A stretch of DNA of 64,000 nucleotides, taken from positions 66,526,001 to 66,590,000 of the forward strand of contig OZ024743.1 in assembly GCA_964016885.1 (NCBI GenBank), read 5' to 3'. The stretch is from Eledone cirrhosa (Eukaryota). A model generated the notes under the pieces. That model made no database searches. It was not told the origin of the DNA and worked only from the letters and a program-made list of their open reading frames with translations. Below are positions 27,301-45,384 of the stretch, in pieces; within the stretch, counting starts at the first letter, position 1; each line of letters starts with the position of its first letter. Made by a program: the position numbers and the translations under genes.

Positions 27301-30300
27301 CCACCAAGACCACCAATACCACCACCACCAAGACCACCACTACCATCACCACCAAGACCACCACTACCACCACCACCAAGACCACCACTACCACCACCAT
27401 CAAGACCACCACTACCACCACCACCAAGACCACCACTATCTCCACCACCAAGACCACCACTACCTCCACGACAAAGCCCACCACTACCTCCACCACCAAG
27501 ATCGCCACTACCTCCACCACCAAGACCACCACACCACCACCACCAAGAGCACCACTACCTCCACCACCAAGACCACCACTACCACCACCACCAAGACCAC
27601 CACTAGCACCACCACCAAGAACACCACTACCACCACCACCAAGACCACCACTACCACCACCACCAGGACCACCACTACCACCACCACGAAGACCACCACT
27701 ACCACCACCACGAAGACCACCACTAACTCCACCACCAAGACCACCACTACATCCACCACCAGGACCACCACTAGCACCACCACCAAAACCACCACTACCA
27801 CCACAACCAGGACCACCACTACCACCACCAGCAAGACCACCACTAGCACCACCACCAAGACCACCACTAGCACCACCACCAAGACCACCACTAGCACCAC
27901 CACCAAGACCACCACTAACACCACCACCAGGACCACCACTACCACCACCAGCAAGACCACCACTACCACCACCACCAAGACCACCACTACCTCCACCACC
28001 AAGACCACCACTACCACCACCAAGACCACCACTACCACCACCACCAAGACCACCACTACCTCCCCACCACAACCACCACTACCACCACCCCCAAGACCAC
28101 CACTACCTCCACCACCAAGACCACCACTACCTCCACCACCAAGACCACCACTACCACCACCACCAAGACCACCACTACCTCCACCAACAAGACCGCCACT
28201 ACCTCCACCACCAAGACCACCACACCACCACCACCAAGAGCACCACTACCTCCACCACCAAGACCACCACTACCACCACCACCAAGACCACCACTAGCAC
28301 CACCACCAAGACCACCACTACTACCACCACCAAGACCACCACTACCACCACAACCAGGACCACCACTACCACCACCAGCAAGACCACCACTAGCACCACC
28401 ACCAAGACCACCACTAGCACCACCACCAAGACCGCCACTACCTCCACCACCAAGACCACCACACCACCACCACCAAGAGCACCACTACCTCCACCACCAA
28501 GACCACCACTACCACCACCACCAAGACCACCACTAGCACCACCACCAAGACCACCACTACTACCACCACCAAGACCACCACTACCACCACCACCAAGACC
28601 ACCACTAACACCACCAGCAAGACCACCACTACCAACACTACCAACACCATGACTACCACCACCACCAAGACCACCACTACCACCACCACCAAGACCACCA
28701 CTATCACCCCCACCAAGACCACCACTACCACCAGTACCAAGACCACCACTACCACCACCACGAAGACCACCACTACCACCACCAGCAAGACCACCGCCAA
28801 GACCACCACTACCTCCACCACCAAGACCACCACTAACACCAACACCAAGACCACCACTACCACCACCACCAAGACCACCACTACCACCACCAACAAGACC
28901 ACCACTACCACCACTACCAAGACCACCACTACCACCACCACCACCAAGACCACTACTACCTCCACCACCAAGACCACCACTACCACCACCACCAAGACCA
29001 CCACTACCACCACCACCAAGACCACCAATACCACCACCACCAAGACCACCACTACCATCACCACCAAGACCACCACTACCACCACCACCAAGACCACCAC
29101 TATCTCCACCACCAAGACCACCACTACCTCCACGACAAAGCCCACCACTACCTCCACCACCAAGACCGCCACTACCTCCACCACCAAGACCACCACACCA
29201 CCACCACCAAGAGCACCACTACTTCCACCACCAAGACCACCACTACCACCACCACCAAGACCACCACTAGCACCACCACCAAGAACACCACTACCACCAC
29301 CACCAAGACCACCACTACCACCACCACCAGGACCACCACTACCACCACCACGAAGACCACCACTACCACCACCACGAAGACCACCACTAACTCCACCACC
29401 AAGACCACCACTACATCCACCACCAGGACCACCACTAGCACCACCACCAAAACCACCACTACCACCACAACCAGGACCACCACTACCACCACCAGCAAGA
29501 CCACCACTAGCACCACCACCAAGACCACCACTAGCACCACCACCAAGACCACCACTAGCACCACCACCAAGACCACCACTAACACCACCACCAGGACCAC
29601 CACTACCACCACCAGCAAGACCACCACTACCACCACCACCAAGACCACCACTACCTCCACCACCAAGACCACCACTACCACCACCAAGACCACCACTACC
29701 ACCACCACCAAGACCACCACTACCTCCCCACCACAACCACCACTACCACCACCCCCAAGACCACCACTAACTCCACCACCAAGACCACCACTACCTCCAC
29801 CACCAAGACCACCACTACCACCACCACCAAGACCACCACTACCTCCACCACCAAGACCACCACACCACCACCACCAAGAGCACCACTACCTCCACCACCA
29901 AGACCACCACTACCACCACCACCAAGACCACCACTAGCACCACCACCAAGACCACCACTACTACCACCACCAAGACCACCACTACCACCACCACCAGGAC
30001 CACAACTACCACCACCACGAAGACAACACTACCACCACCACGAAGACCACCACTAGCTCCACCACCAAGACAACCACTACATCCACCACCAGGACCACCA
30101 CTACCACCAACAGCAAAACCACCACTACCACCACAACCAGGATCACCACTACCACCACCAGCAAGACCACCACTAGCACCACCACCAAGACCACCACTAG
30201 CACCACCACCAAGACCACCACTAGCACCACCACCAAGACCACCACTACCACCACCACCAAGACCACCACTACCACCACCACCAGGACCACCACTACCACC

Positions 30301-33300
30301 ACCAGCAAGACCACCACTACCACCACCACCAAGACCACCACTACCTCCACCACCAAGACCACCACCACCACCACCACCAAGACCACAACTACCACCACTA
30401 CCAAGACCACCACTATCTCCACCACCACGACCACCACTACCACCACCCCCAAGACCACCACTACCTCCACCACCCAGACCACCACTACCTCCACCACCAA
30501 GTCCACCACTACCACCACCACCAAGACCACCACTACCACCACCACCAAGACCACCACTACCACCACCAACAAGTCCACCACTACCACCACCAGCAAGAAA
30601 ACCACTACCAACACTACCAACACCATCACTACCACCACCACCAAGACCACCACTACCACCACCACCAAGACCACCACTACCACCCCCACCAAGACCACCA
30701 CTACCACCAGTACCAAGACCACCACTACCACCACCACCAAGACCACCACTACCACCACCAGCAAGACCACCACCAAGACCACCACCACCTCCGCCACCAA
30801 GACCACCACTACCTCCACCACCAAGACCACCACTACCACCACCACCAAGACCACCACTACCACCAACAGCAAAACCACCAATACCAACACAACCAGGACC
30901 ACCACTACCACCACCAGCAAGACCACCACTAGCACCACCACCAAGACCACCACTAGCACCACCACCAAGACCACCACTAGCACCACCACCAAGACCACCA
31001 CTAACACCACCACCAGGACCACCACTACCACCACCAGCAAGACCACCACTACCACCACCAGCAAGACCACCACTACCACCACCACCAAGACCACCACTAA
31101 CACCACCACCAAGACCACCACTACCACCACCACCAAGACCGCCACTACCTCCACTACCAAGACCACCACACCACCACCACCAAGACCACCACTACCACCA
31201 CCACCAAGACCACCACTAGCACCACCACCAAGACCACCACTACCACCACCACCAAGACCACCACTACCACCACCACGAAGACTACCACTACCACCACCAC
31301 GAAGACCACCACTAGCTCCACCACCAAGACCACCACTACATCCACCACCAGGACCACCACTACCACCAACAGCAAAACCACCACTACCACCACAACCAGG
31401 ATCACCACTACCACCACCAGCAAGACCACCACTAGCACCACCAACAAGACCACCACTACCACCACCACCAAGACCACCACTACCACCACCACCAGGACCA
31501 CCACTACCACCACCAGCAAGACCACCACTACCACCACCACCAAGACCACCACTACCTCCACCACCAAGACCACCACCACCACCACCACCAAGACCACCAC
31601 TACCACCACCACCAAGACCACCACTATCTCCACCACCACGACCACCACTACCACCACCAGCAAGACCACCACTACCACCATCACCAAGACCACCACTACC
31701 TCCACCACCAAGACCACCACTACCACCACCACCAAGACCACCACTACCACCACCACCAAGACCACCCCTACCTCAACCACCACGACCACCACTACCACCA
31801 CCCCCAAGACCACCACTACCTCCACCACCAAGACCACCACTAACTCCACCACCAAGACCACCACTACCACCACCACCAAGACCACCACTACCACCACCAC
31901 CAAGACCACCACTAGCTCCACCACCAAGACCACCACTACATGCACCACCAACACCATCACTACCACCACCACCAAGACCACCCCTAGCACCACCACCAAG
32001 ACCACCACTACCACCACCACCAAGACCACCACTACCACCACCACCAGGACCACCACTACCACCACCAGCAAGACCACCACTACCACCACCACCAAGACCA
32101 CCACTACCTCCACCACCAAGACCACCACTACCTCCACCACCAAGACCACCACTACCACCACCACCAAGACCACCACTCCCACCACCAGCAAGACCACCAC
32201 TACCTCCACCACCAAGACCACCACTACCACCACCTCCAAGACCACCACTACCACCACCACCACCAAGACCACCACTACCTCCACCACCACGACCACCACT
32301 ACCATCACCCCCAAGAACACCACTACCTCCACCACCAAGACCACCACTACCTCCACCACCAAGACCACCACTACCACCACCACCAAGACCACCACTACCA
32401 CCACCACCAAGACCACCACTAGCTCCACCAACAAGACCACCACTACCACCACAACCAGGACCACCACTACCACCACCAGCAAGACCACCACTACCACCAC
32501 AACCGGGACCACCACTACCACCACCAGCAAGACCACCACTACCACCACAACCAGGACCACCACTACCACCACCAGCAAGACCACCACTACCACCACAACC
32601 AGGACCACTACTACCACCACCAGCAAGACCACCACTACCTCCACCAGCAAGACTACCACTACCTCCACCACCAAGACCACCACTACTACCACCACCAAGA
32701 CCACCACTACCTCCACCACCAAGACCACCACTACCACCACCACCAAGACCACCACTACCACCACCACCAAGACCACCACTACATCCACCACCAAGACCAC
32801 CACTGGCTCCACCACCAAGACCACCACTACATCCACCACCAGGACAACCACTACCATCAACAGCTAAACCACCACTACAACCATAACCAGCACCACCACT
32901 ACCACCACCAGCAAGACCACCACTACCACCACCAGAAAGACCACCACTACCTCCACCACCAAGACCACCACTACCACCACCACCAAGACCACCACTACCT
33001 CCACCACCAAGTCCACCACTACCACCACTAGCACCACCACCAAGACCACCACTAGCACCACCACCAAGACAACCACTACGACCACCACCAGGACCACCAC
33101 TACCACCACCAGCAAGACCACCACTACCACCACCACCAAGACCACCACTACCTCCACCACCAAGACCACCACTACCTCCACCACCAAGACCACTACTACC
33201 TCCACCACCATGACCACCACTACGACCACCCCCAAGAACACCACTACCTCCACCACCAAGACCACCACTACCTCCACCACCAAGAACACCACTACCACCA

Positions 33301-36300
33301 AGACCACCACTACCACCACCACCACTAGCTCCACCACCAAGACCACCACTACATCCACCACCAGGACCACCACTACCACCAACAGCAAAACCACCACTAC
33401 CACCACAACCAGGACCACCACTACCACCACCAGCAAGACCACCACTACCACCACAACCAGGACCACCACTACCACCACCAGCAAGACCACCACTACCACC
33501 ACAACCAGGACCACCACTACCACCACCAGCAAGACCACCACTACCACCACAACCAGGACCACCACTACCACCACCAGCAAGACCACCACTACCACCACAA
33601 CCAGGACCACCACTACCACCACCAGCAAGACCACAACTACCACCACCACCAAGACCACCACTACCTCCACCACCAAGACCACCACTACCTCCACCACCAA
33701 GACCACCACTACCACCACCACCAAGACCACCACTCCCACCAACAGCAAGACCACCACTACCTCCACCACCAAGACCACCACTACCACCACCACCAAGACC
33801 ACCACTACCACCACCACCACCAAGACCACCACTACCTCCACCACCACGACCACCACTACCATCACCCCCAAGAACACCACTACCTCCACCACCAAGACCA
33901 CCACTACCTCCACCACCAAGACCACCACGACCACCACTACGACCACCCCCAAGAACACCACTACCTCCACCACCATGACCACCACTACCTCCACCACCAA
34001 GACCACCACTACCACCACCACCAAGACCACCACTACCACCACCACCAAGACCACCACTAGCTCCACCACCAAGACCACCACTACATCCACCACCAGGACC
34101 ACCACTACCACCAACAGCAAAACCACCACTACCACCACAACCAGGACCACCACTACCACCACCAGCAAGACCACCACTACCACCACAACCAGGACCACCA
34201 CTACCACCACCAGCAAGACCACCACTACCACCACAACCAGGACCACCACTACCACCACCAGCAAGACCAACACTACCACCACAACCAGGACCACCACTAC
34301 CACCACCAGCAAGACCACAACTACCTCCACCAGCAAGACCACCACTACCTCCAGCACCAAGACCACCACTACCACCACCACCAAGCCCAGCACTCCCTCC
34401 ACCACCAAGACCGCCACTACCACCACCACCAAGACCACCACTACCACCACCACCAAGACCACCACTACAACCACCACCAGGACCACCACTACATCCACCA
34501 CCAATACCACCACTAGCTCCACCACCAAGACCACCACTACATCCACCACCAGGACCACCACTACCACCAACAGCAAAACCACCACTACCACCACAACCAG
34601 GACCACCACTACCACCACCAGCAAGACCACCACTAGCACCACCACCAAGACCACCACTAGCATCACCACCAAGACCACCACTACCACCACCACCAAGACC
34701 ACCACTACCACCACCACCAGGACCACCACTACCACCACCAGCAAGTCCACCACTACCACCATCACCAAGACCACCACTACCTCCACCACCAAGACCACCA
34801 CTACCACCACCACCAAGACCACCCCTACCTCAACCACCACGACCACCACTACCACCACCCCCAAGACCACCACTACCTCCACCACCAAGACCACCACTAC
34901 CTCCACCACCAAGACCACCACTACCACCACCACCAAGATCACCACTACCACCACCACCAAGACCACCACTAGCTCCACCACCAAGACCACCACTACATGC
35001 ACCACCAAGACCACCACTACCACCACCACCAAGACCACCCATAGCACCACCACCAAGACCACCACTACCACCACCACCAAGACCACCACTACCACCACCA
35101 CCAGGACCACCACTACCACCACCAAAGACCACCACTACCACCACCACCAAGACCACCACTACCTCCACCACCAAGACCACCACTACCTCCACCACCAAGA
35201 CCAACACTACCACCACCACCAAGACCACCACTCCCACCACCAGCAAGACCACCACTACCTCCACCACCAAGAACACCACTACCACCACCACCAAGACCAC
35301 CACTACCACCACCGCCACCAAGACCACCACAACCTCCACCACCACCGCCACCACTACCATCACCCCCAAGAACACCACTACCTCCACCACCAAGACCACC
35401 ACTACCTCCACCACCAAGACCACCACGACCACCACTACGACCACCCCCAAGAACACCACTACCTCCACCACCATGACCACCACTACCTCCACCACCAAGA
35501 CCACCACTACCACCACCACCAAGACCACCACTACCACCACCACCAAGACCACCACTAGCTCCACCACCAAGACCACCACTACATCCACCACCAGGACCAC
35601 CACTACCACCAACAGCAAAACCACCACTACCACCACAACCAGGACCACCACTACCACCACCAGCAAGACCACCACTACCACCACAACCAGGACCACCACT
35701 ACCACCACCAGCAAGACCACCACTACCACCACAACCAGGACCACCACTACCACCACCAGCAAGACCAACACTACCACCACAACCAGGACCACCACTATCA
35801 CCACCAGCAAGACCACAACTACCTCCACCAGCAAGACCACCACTACCTCCAGCACCAAGACCACCACTACCACCACCACCAAGACCACCACTACCTCCAC
35901 CACCAAGACCGCCACTACCACCACCACCAAGACCACCACTACCACCACCACCAAGACCACCACTACAACCACCACCAGGACCACCACTACATCCACCACC
36001 AATACCACCACTAGCTCCACCACCAAGACCACCACTACATCCACCACCAGGACCACCACTACCACCAACAGCAAAACCACCACTACCACCACAACCAGGA
36101 CCACCACTACCACCACCAGCAAGACCACCACTAGCACCACCACCAAGACCACCACTAGCATCACCACCAAGACCACCACTACCACCACCACCAAGACCAC
36201 CACTACCACCACCACCAGGACCACCACTACCACCACCAGCAAGTCCACCACTACCACCATCACCAAGACCACCACTACCTCCACCACCAAGACCACCACT

Positions 36301-39300
36301 ACCACCACCACCAAGACCACCCCTACCTCAACCACCACGACCACCACTACCACCACCCCCAAGACCACCACTACCTCCACCACCAAGACCACCACTACCT
36401 CCACCACCAAGACCACCACTACCACCACCACCAAGATCACCACTACCACCACCACCAAGACCACCACTAGCTCCACCACCAAGACCACCACTACATGCAC
36501 CACCAAGACCACCACTACCACCACCACCAAGACCACCCATAGCACCACCACCAAGACCACCACTACCACCACCACCAAGACCACCACTACCACCACCACC
36601 AGGACCACCACTACCACCACCAGCAAGACCACCACTACCACCACCACCAAGACCACCACTACCTCCACCACCAAGACCACCACTACCTCCACCACCAAGA
36701 CCACCACTACCACCACCACCAAGACCACCACTCCCACCACCAGCAAGACCACCACTACCTCCACCACCAAGAACACCACTACCACCACCACCAAGACCAC
36801 CACTACCACCACCGCCACCAAGACCACCACAACCTCCACCACCACGACCACCACTACCATCACCCCCAAGAACACCACTACCTCCACCACCAAGACCACC
36901 ACTACCTCCACCACCAAGACCACCACTACCACCGCCACCAAGACCACCACTACCACCACCATCAAGACCACCACTACCACCACCACCAAGACCACCACTA
37001 CCTCCACCACCACGACCACCACTACGACCACCCCCAAGAACACCACTACCTCCACCACCAAGACCACCACTACCTCCACCACCAAGAACACCACTACCAC
37101 CAAGACCACCACTACCACCACCACCACTAGCTCCACCACTAAGACCACCACTACATCCACCACCAGGACCACCACTACCACCAACAGCAAAACCACCACT
37201 ACCACCACAACCAGGACCACCACTACCACCACCAGCAAGACCACCACTACCACCACAACCAGGACCACCACTACCACCACCAGCAAGACCACCACTACCA
37301 CCACAACCAGGACCACCACTACCACCACCAGCAAGACCACCACTACCTCCACAACCAGGACCACCACTACCACCACCAGCAAGACCACCACTACCACCAC
37401 AACCAGGACCACCACTACCACCACCAGCAAAACCACAACTACCACCACCACCAGGACCACCACTACCTCCACCACCAAGACCACCACTACCACCACCACC
37501 AGGACCACCACTCCCACCACCAGCAAGACCACCACTACCTCCACCACCAAGACCACCACTACCACCACCACCAAGACCACCACTACCTCCACCACCGCGA
37601 CCACCACTACCATCACCCCCAAGAACACCACTACCTCCACCACCAAGACCACCACTACCTCCACCACCAAGACCACCACGACCACCACTACGACCACCCC
37701 CAAGAACACCACTACCTCCACCACCAAGACCACCACTACCTCCACCACCAAGACCACCACTACCACCACCACCAAGACCACCACTACCACCACCACCAAG
37801 ACCACCACTAGCTACACCACCAAGACCAACACTACCACCACAACCAGGACCACCACTACCACCACCAGCAAGACCACCACTACATCCACCACCAGGACCA
37901 CCACTACCACCAACAGCAAAACCACCACTACCACCACAACCAGGACCACCACTACCACCACCAGCAAGACCACCACTACCACCACAACCAGGACCACCAC
38001 TACCACCACCAGCAAGACCACCACTACCACCACAACCAGGACCACCACTACCACCACCACCAAGACCAACACTACCACCACAACCAGGACCACCACTACC
38101 ACCACCAGCAAGACCACAACTACCTCCACCAGCAAGACCACCACTACCTCCAGCACCAAGACCACCACTACCACCACCACTACCTCCACCACCAAGACCG
38201 CCACTACCACCACCACCAAGACCACCACTACCACCACCACCAAGACCACCACTACAACCACCACCAGGACCACCACTACATCCACCACCAATACCACCAC
38301 TAGCTCCACCACCAAGACCACCACTACATCCACCACCAGGACCACCACTACCACCAACAGCAAAACCACCACTACCACCACAACCAGGACCACCACTACC
38401 ACCACCAGCAAGACCACCACTAGCACCACCACCAAGACCACCACTAGCATCACCACCAAGACCACCACTACCACCACCACCAAGACCACCACTACCACCA
38501 CCACCTGGACCACCACTACCACCACCAGCAAGTCCACCACTACCACCATCACCAAGACCACCACTACCTCCACCACCAAGACCACCACTACCACCACCAC
38601 CAAGACCACCACTACCACCACCACCAAGACCACCCCTACCTCAACCACCACGACCACCACTACCACCACCCCCAAGACCACCACTACCTCCACCACCAAG
38701 ACCACCACTACCTCCACCACCAAGACCACCACTACCACCACCACCAAGACCACCACTACCACCACGACCAAGACCACCACTAGCTCCACCACCAAGACCA
38801 CCACTACATGCACCACCAAGACCACCACTACCACCACCACCAAGACCACCCCTAGCACCACCACCAAGACCACCACTACCACCACCAACAAGACCACCAC
38901 TACCACCACCACCAGGACCACCACTACCACCACCACCAAGACCACCACTACCACCACCACCAAGACCACCACTACCTCCACCACCAAGACCACCACTACC
39001 TCCACCACCAAGACCACCACTACCACCACCACCAAGACCACCACTCCCACCACCAGCAAGACTACCACTACCTCCACCACCAAGAACACCACTACCACCA
39101 CCACCAAGACCACCACTACCACCACCACCACCAAGACCACCACAACCTCCACCACCACGACCACCACTACCATCACCCCCAAGAACACCACTACCTCCAC
39201 CACCAAGACCACCACTACCTCCACCACCAAGACCACCACTACCACCACCACCAAGACCACCACTACCACCACCACCAAGACCACCACTAGCTCCACCAAC

Positions 39301-42300
39301 AAGACCACCACTACATCCACCACCAGGACCACCACTACCACCAACAGCAAAACCACCACTACCACCACAACCAGGACCACCACTACCACCACCAGCAAGA
39401 CCACCACTACCACCACAACCAGGACCACCACTACCACCAACAGCAAGACCACCACTACCACCACAACCAGGACCACCACTACCACCACCAGCAAGACCAC
39501 CACTACCACCACAACCAGGACCACCACTACCACCACCAGCAAGACCACCACTACCTCCACCAGCAAGACTACCACTACCTCCACCACCAAGACCACCACT
39601 ACCACCACCATCAAGACCACCACTACCTCCACCACCAAGACCAACACTACCACCACCACCAAGACCACCACTACCACCACCACCAAGACCACCACTACCA
39701 CCACCACCAGGACCACCTCTACATCCACCACCAAGACCACCACTGGCTCCACCACCAAGACCACCACTACATCCACCACCAGGACCACCACTACCATCAA
39801 CAGCAAAACCACCACTACAACCACAACCAGCACCACCACTACCACCACCAGCAAGACCACCACTACCACCACCAGCAAGACCACCACTACCTCCACCACC
39901 AAGACCACCACTACCACCAACACCAAGACCACCACTACCTCCACCACCAAGTCCACCGCTAACACCACCACCAAGACCACCACCACCAAGACCACCACTA
40001 GCACCACCACCAAGACCACCACTAGCACCACCACCAAGACAACCACTACCACCACCACCAGGACCACCACTACCACCACCAGCAAGACCACCACTACCAC
40101 CACCACCAAGACCACCACTACCTCCACCACCAAGACCACCACTACCTCCACCACCAAGACCACTACTACCTCCAACACCAAGACCACCATAACACCACCA
40201 CCAAGACCACCACTACCACCGCCACCATGACCACCACTACCACCACCATCAAGACCACCACTACCACCACCACCAAGACCACCACTACCTCCACCACCAC
40301 GACCACCACTACGACCACCGCCAAGAACACCACTACCTCCACCACCAAGACCACCACTACCACCAAGACCACCACTACCACCACCACCAAGACCACCACT
40401 AGCTCCACCACCAAGACCACCACTACATCCACCACCAGGACCACCACTACCACCAACAGCAAAACCACCACTACCACCACAACCAGGACCACCACTACCA
40501 CCACCAGCAAGACCACCACTACCACCACAACCAGGACCACCACTACCACCACCAGCAAGACCACCACTACCACCACAACCAGGACCACCACTACCACCAC
40601 CAGCAAGACCACCACTACCACCACAACCAGGACCACCACTACCACCACCAGCAAGACCACAACTACCTCCACCAGCAAGACCACCACTACCTCCAGCACC
40701 AAGACCACCACTACCACCACCACCAAGACCACCACTACCACCACCACCAAGACCACCAATACCACCACCACCAAGACCACCACTACCACCACCACCAAGA
40801 CCACCACTACAACCACCACCAGGACCACCACTACATCCACCACCAAGACCACCACTACCACCACCACCACCAAGACCACCACTACCTCCACCACCACGAC
40901 CACCACTACCATCACCCCCAAGAACACCACTACCTGCACCACCAAGACCACCACTACCACCACCACCAAGACCACCACTAGCTCCACCAACAAGACCACC
41001 ACTACATCCACCACCAGGACCACCACTACCACCAACAGCAAAACCACCACTACCACCACAACCAGGACCACCACTACCACCACCAGCAAGACCACCACTA
41101 CCACCACAACCAGGACCACCACTACCACCACCAGCAAGACCACCACTACCACCACAACCAGGACCACCACTACCACCACCAGCAAGACCACCACTACCAC
41201 CACAACCAGGACCACCACTACCACCACCAGCAAGACCACCACTACCTCCACCAGCAAGACTACCACTACCTCCACCACCAAGACCACCACTACCACCACC
41301 ACCAAGACCACCACTACCTCCACCACCAAGACCACCACTACCACCACCACCAAGACCACCACTACCACCACCACCAAGACCACCACTACCACCACCACCA
41401 GGACCACCTCTACATCCACCACCAAGACCACCACTGGCTCCACCACCAAGACCACCACCACATCCACCACCAGGACCACCACTACCATCAACAGCAAAAC
41501 CACCACTACAACCACAACCAGCACCACCACTACCACCACCAGCAAGACCACCACTACCGCCACCAGAAAGACCACCACTACCTCCACCACCAAGACCACC
41601 ACTACCACCACCACCAAGACCACCACTACCTCCACCACCAAGTCCACCGCTACCACCACCACCAAGACCACCACCACCAAGACCACCACTAGCACCACCA
41701 CCAAGACCACCACTAGCACCACCACCAAGACAACCACTACCACCACCACCAGGACCACCACTACCACCACTAGCAAGACCACCACTACCACCACCACCAA
41801 GACCACCACTACCTCCACCACCACGACCACCACTACGACCACCGCCAAGAACACCACTACCTCCACCACCAAGACCACCACTACCTCCACCACCAAGACC
41901 ACCACTACCACCAAGACCACCACTACCACCACCACCAAGACCACCACTAGCTCCACCACCAAGACCAACACTACATCCACCACCAGGACCACCACTACCA
42001 CCAACAGCAAAACCACCACTACCACCACAACCAGGACCACCACTACCACCACCAGCAAGACCACCACTACCACCACAACCAGGACCACCACTACCACCAC
42101 CAGCAAGACCACCACTACCACCACAACCAGGACCACCACTACCACCACCAGCAAGACCACCACTACCACCACAACCAGGACCACCACTACCACCACCAGC
42201 AAGACCACAACTACCTCCACTAGCAAGACTACCACGACCTCCAGCACCAAGACCACCACTACCACCACCACCAAGACCACCACTACCACCACCACCAAGA

Positions 42301-45300
42301 CCACCACTACCACCACCACCAAGACCACCACTACTACCACCACCAAGACCACCACTACAACAACCACCAGGACCACCACTACCTCCACCACCAAGACCAC
42401 CACTACCACTACCACCAAGACCACCACTACCACCACCACCAAGACCACCACTAGCTCCACCACAAAGACCACCACTACGTGCACCACCAAGACCACCACT
42501 ACCACCACCAACAAGACCACCCCTAGCACCACCACTAAGACCACCACTACCACCACCACCAAGAACACCACTACCACCACCACCAGGACCACCACTACCA
42601 CCACCAGCAAGACCACCACTACCACCACCACCAAGACCACCACTACCACCATCACCAAGACCACCACTCCCACCACCAGCAAGACCACCACTACCACCAC
42701 CACCAAGACCACCACTACCACCACCACCAAGACCACCACTACCACCACCACCACCAAGACCACCACTACCTCCACCACCACGACCACCACTACCATCACC
42801 CCCAAGAACACCACTACCTCCACCACCAAGACCACCACTACCTCCACCACCAAGACCACCACTACCACCACCACCAAGACCACCACTACCACCACCTCCA
42901 AGACCACCACTAGCTCCACCAACAAGACCACCACTACATCCACCACCAGGACCACCACTACCACCAACAGCAAAACCACCACTACCACCACAACCAAGAC
43001 CACCACTACCACCACCAGCAAGACCACCACTACCACCACAACCAGGACCACCACTACCACCACCAGCAAGACCACCACTACCACCACAACCAGGACCACC
43101 ACTACCACCACCAGCAAGACCACCACTACCACCACAACCAGGACCACCACTACCACCACCAGCAAGACCACCACTACCTCCACCAGCAAGACCACCACTA
43201 CCTCCACCACCAAGACCACCACTACCTCCACCACCAAGACCACCACTACCACCACCACCAAGACCACCACTACCACCAACACAAAGACCACCACTACCTC
43301 CACCAGCAAGACTACCACTACCACCACCACCAAGACCACCACTACCTCCACCACCAAGACCACCACTACCACCACCACCAAGACCACCACTACCACCAAC
43401 ACAAAGACCACCACTACCACCACCACCAGGACCACCACTACATCCACCACCAAGACCACCACTGGCTCCACCACCAAGACCACCACTACATCCACCACCA
43501 GGACCACCACTACCATCAACAGCAAAACCACCACTACAACCACAACCAGCACCACCACTACCACCACCAGCAAGACCACCACTACCACCACCAGAAAGAC
43601 CAGCACTAACTCCACCACCAAGACCACCACTACCACCACCACCAAGACCACCACTACCTCCACCACCAAGTCCACCACTACCACCACCACCAAGACCACC
43701 ACTAGCACCACCACCAAGACCACCACTAGCACCACCACCAAGACAACCACTACCACCACCACCAGGACCACCACTACCACAACCAGCAAGACCACCACTA
43801 CCACCACCACCAAGACCACCACTACCTCCACCACCAAGACCACCACTACCTCCACCACCAAGACCACCACTACCACCACTACCAAGACCACCACTACCAC
43901 CACCACCAAGACCACTACTACCTCCACCACCAAGACCACCATAACACCACCACCAAGACCACCACTACCACCGCCACCAAGACCACCACTACCACCACCA
44001 TCAAGACCACCACTACCACCACCACCAAGACCACCACTATCTCCACCACCAAGACCACCACTATCTCCCCCACCAAGACCACCACTACCTCCACCACCAA
44101 GACCACCACTACCTCCACCACCAAGACCACCCCTACCACCACCACCACCAAGACCACCACACCACCACCACCAAGAGCACCACTACCTCCACGACCAAGA
44201 CCACCACTACCTCCACCACCAAGACCACCACTAGCTCCACCACCAAGACGACCACTACATCCACCACCAGGACCACCACTACCACCAACAGGAAAACCAT
44301 CACTACCACCACAACCAGCACCACCACTACCACCACCAGCAAGAGCACCACTACCACCACCAGAATGACCACCACTACCTCCACCACCAAGACCACCACT
44401 ACCACCACCACCAAGACCACCACTACCTCCACCACCAAATCCACCACTACCACCACCACCAAGACCACCACTAGCACCACCATCAAGACCACCACTACCA
44501 ACACCACCAAGACCACCACTACCACCACCACCAGGACCACAACTACCACCACCAGCAAGACCACCACTACCACCACCACCAAGACCACCACTACCTCCAC
44601 TACCAAAACCACCACTACCACCACCACCAAGACCACCACTACCACCACCATCAAGACCACCACTACCACCACCACCAAGACCACCACTACCACCACCACC
44701 AAGACCACCACTACTTCCACCACCAAGACCACCACTACCACCACCACCAAGACCACCACTACTTCCACCACCAAGACCACCACTACCACCACCACCAAGA
44801 CCACCACTACCACCACCATCAAGACCACCACTACCTCCACCAACAACAACACTACCACCAACAACATCAACAGCACCACCAACAACACCAACAGCACCAC
44901 CAAGACAACCACTACCACCACCACCAACACCACCAATACCATTATCACCACCACCACCACCAAGACCAACACAACGACCACCACCAACGAAGACCACCAC
45001 TACCTTCACCAACAACAACACTAACAACACCTCCAAGAACACCACCACCAAGACCACCACTACCACCACCACCAAGACCACCACTACCTCACCACCAAGA
45101 CCACCACTACCACCACCACCACCAAGACCACCAATACCACCACCACCAAGACCACCACTACCACCACCACCAACACCACCAATACCAATATCACCACCAC
45201 CACCACCACCAAGACCAACACAACGACCACCACCAACCAAGACCACCACTACCTCCACCAACAACAACACTAACAACACCTCCAAGAACACCACCACCAA

Positions 45301-45380
45301 GACCACCACTACCACCACCACCACCACCAAGACCACCACTACCAAGACCATCACCATCACCACCACCACCACCAGTATCA
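24390..45380 (+). repeat. ~21 kb minisatellite, 24-bp unit ACCACCACTACCACCACCACCAAG; reads as (TTTTTTTK)n, (PPLPPPPR)n or (HHYHHHQD)n
   Basis: Direct reading. Long Thr-frame ORFs (35473-40230, 40227-44234) are broken by frameshifts; kb-scale internal duplications are present. Confidence 0.95.
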
Positions 45381-45384
45381 CCAA

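Noticed and set aside
24390-45380. CRISPR-like periodicity
   Set aside because: No unique spacers, no cas genes, eukaryotic context
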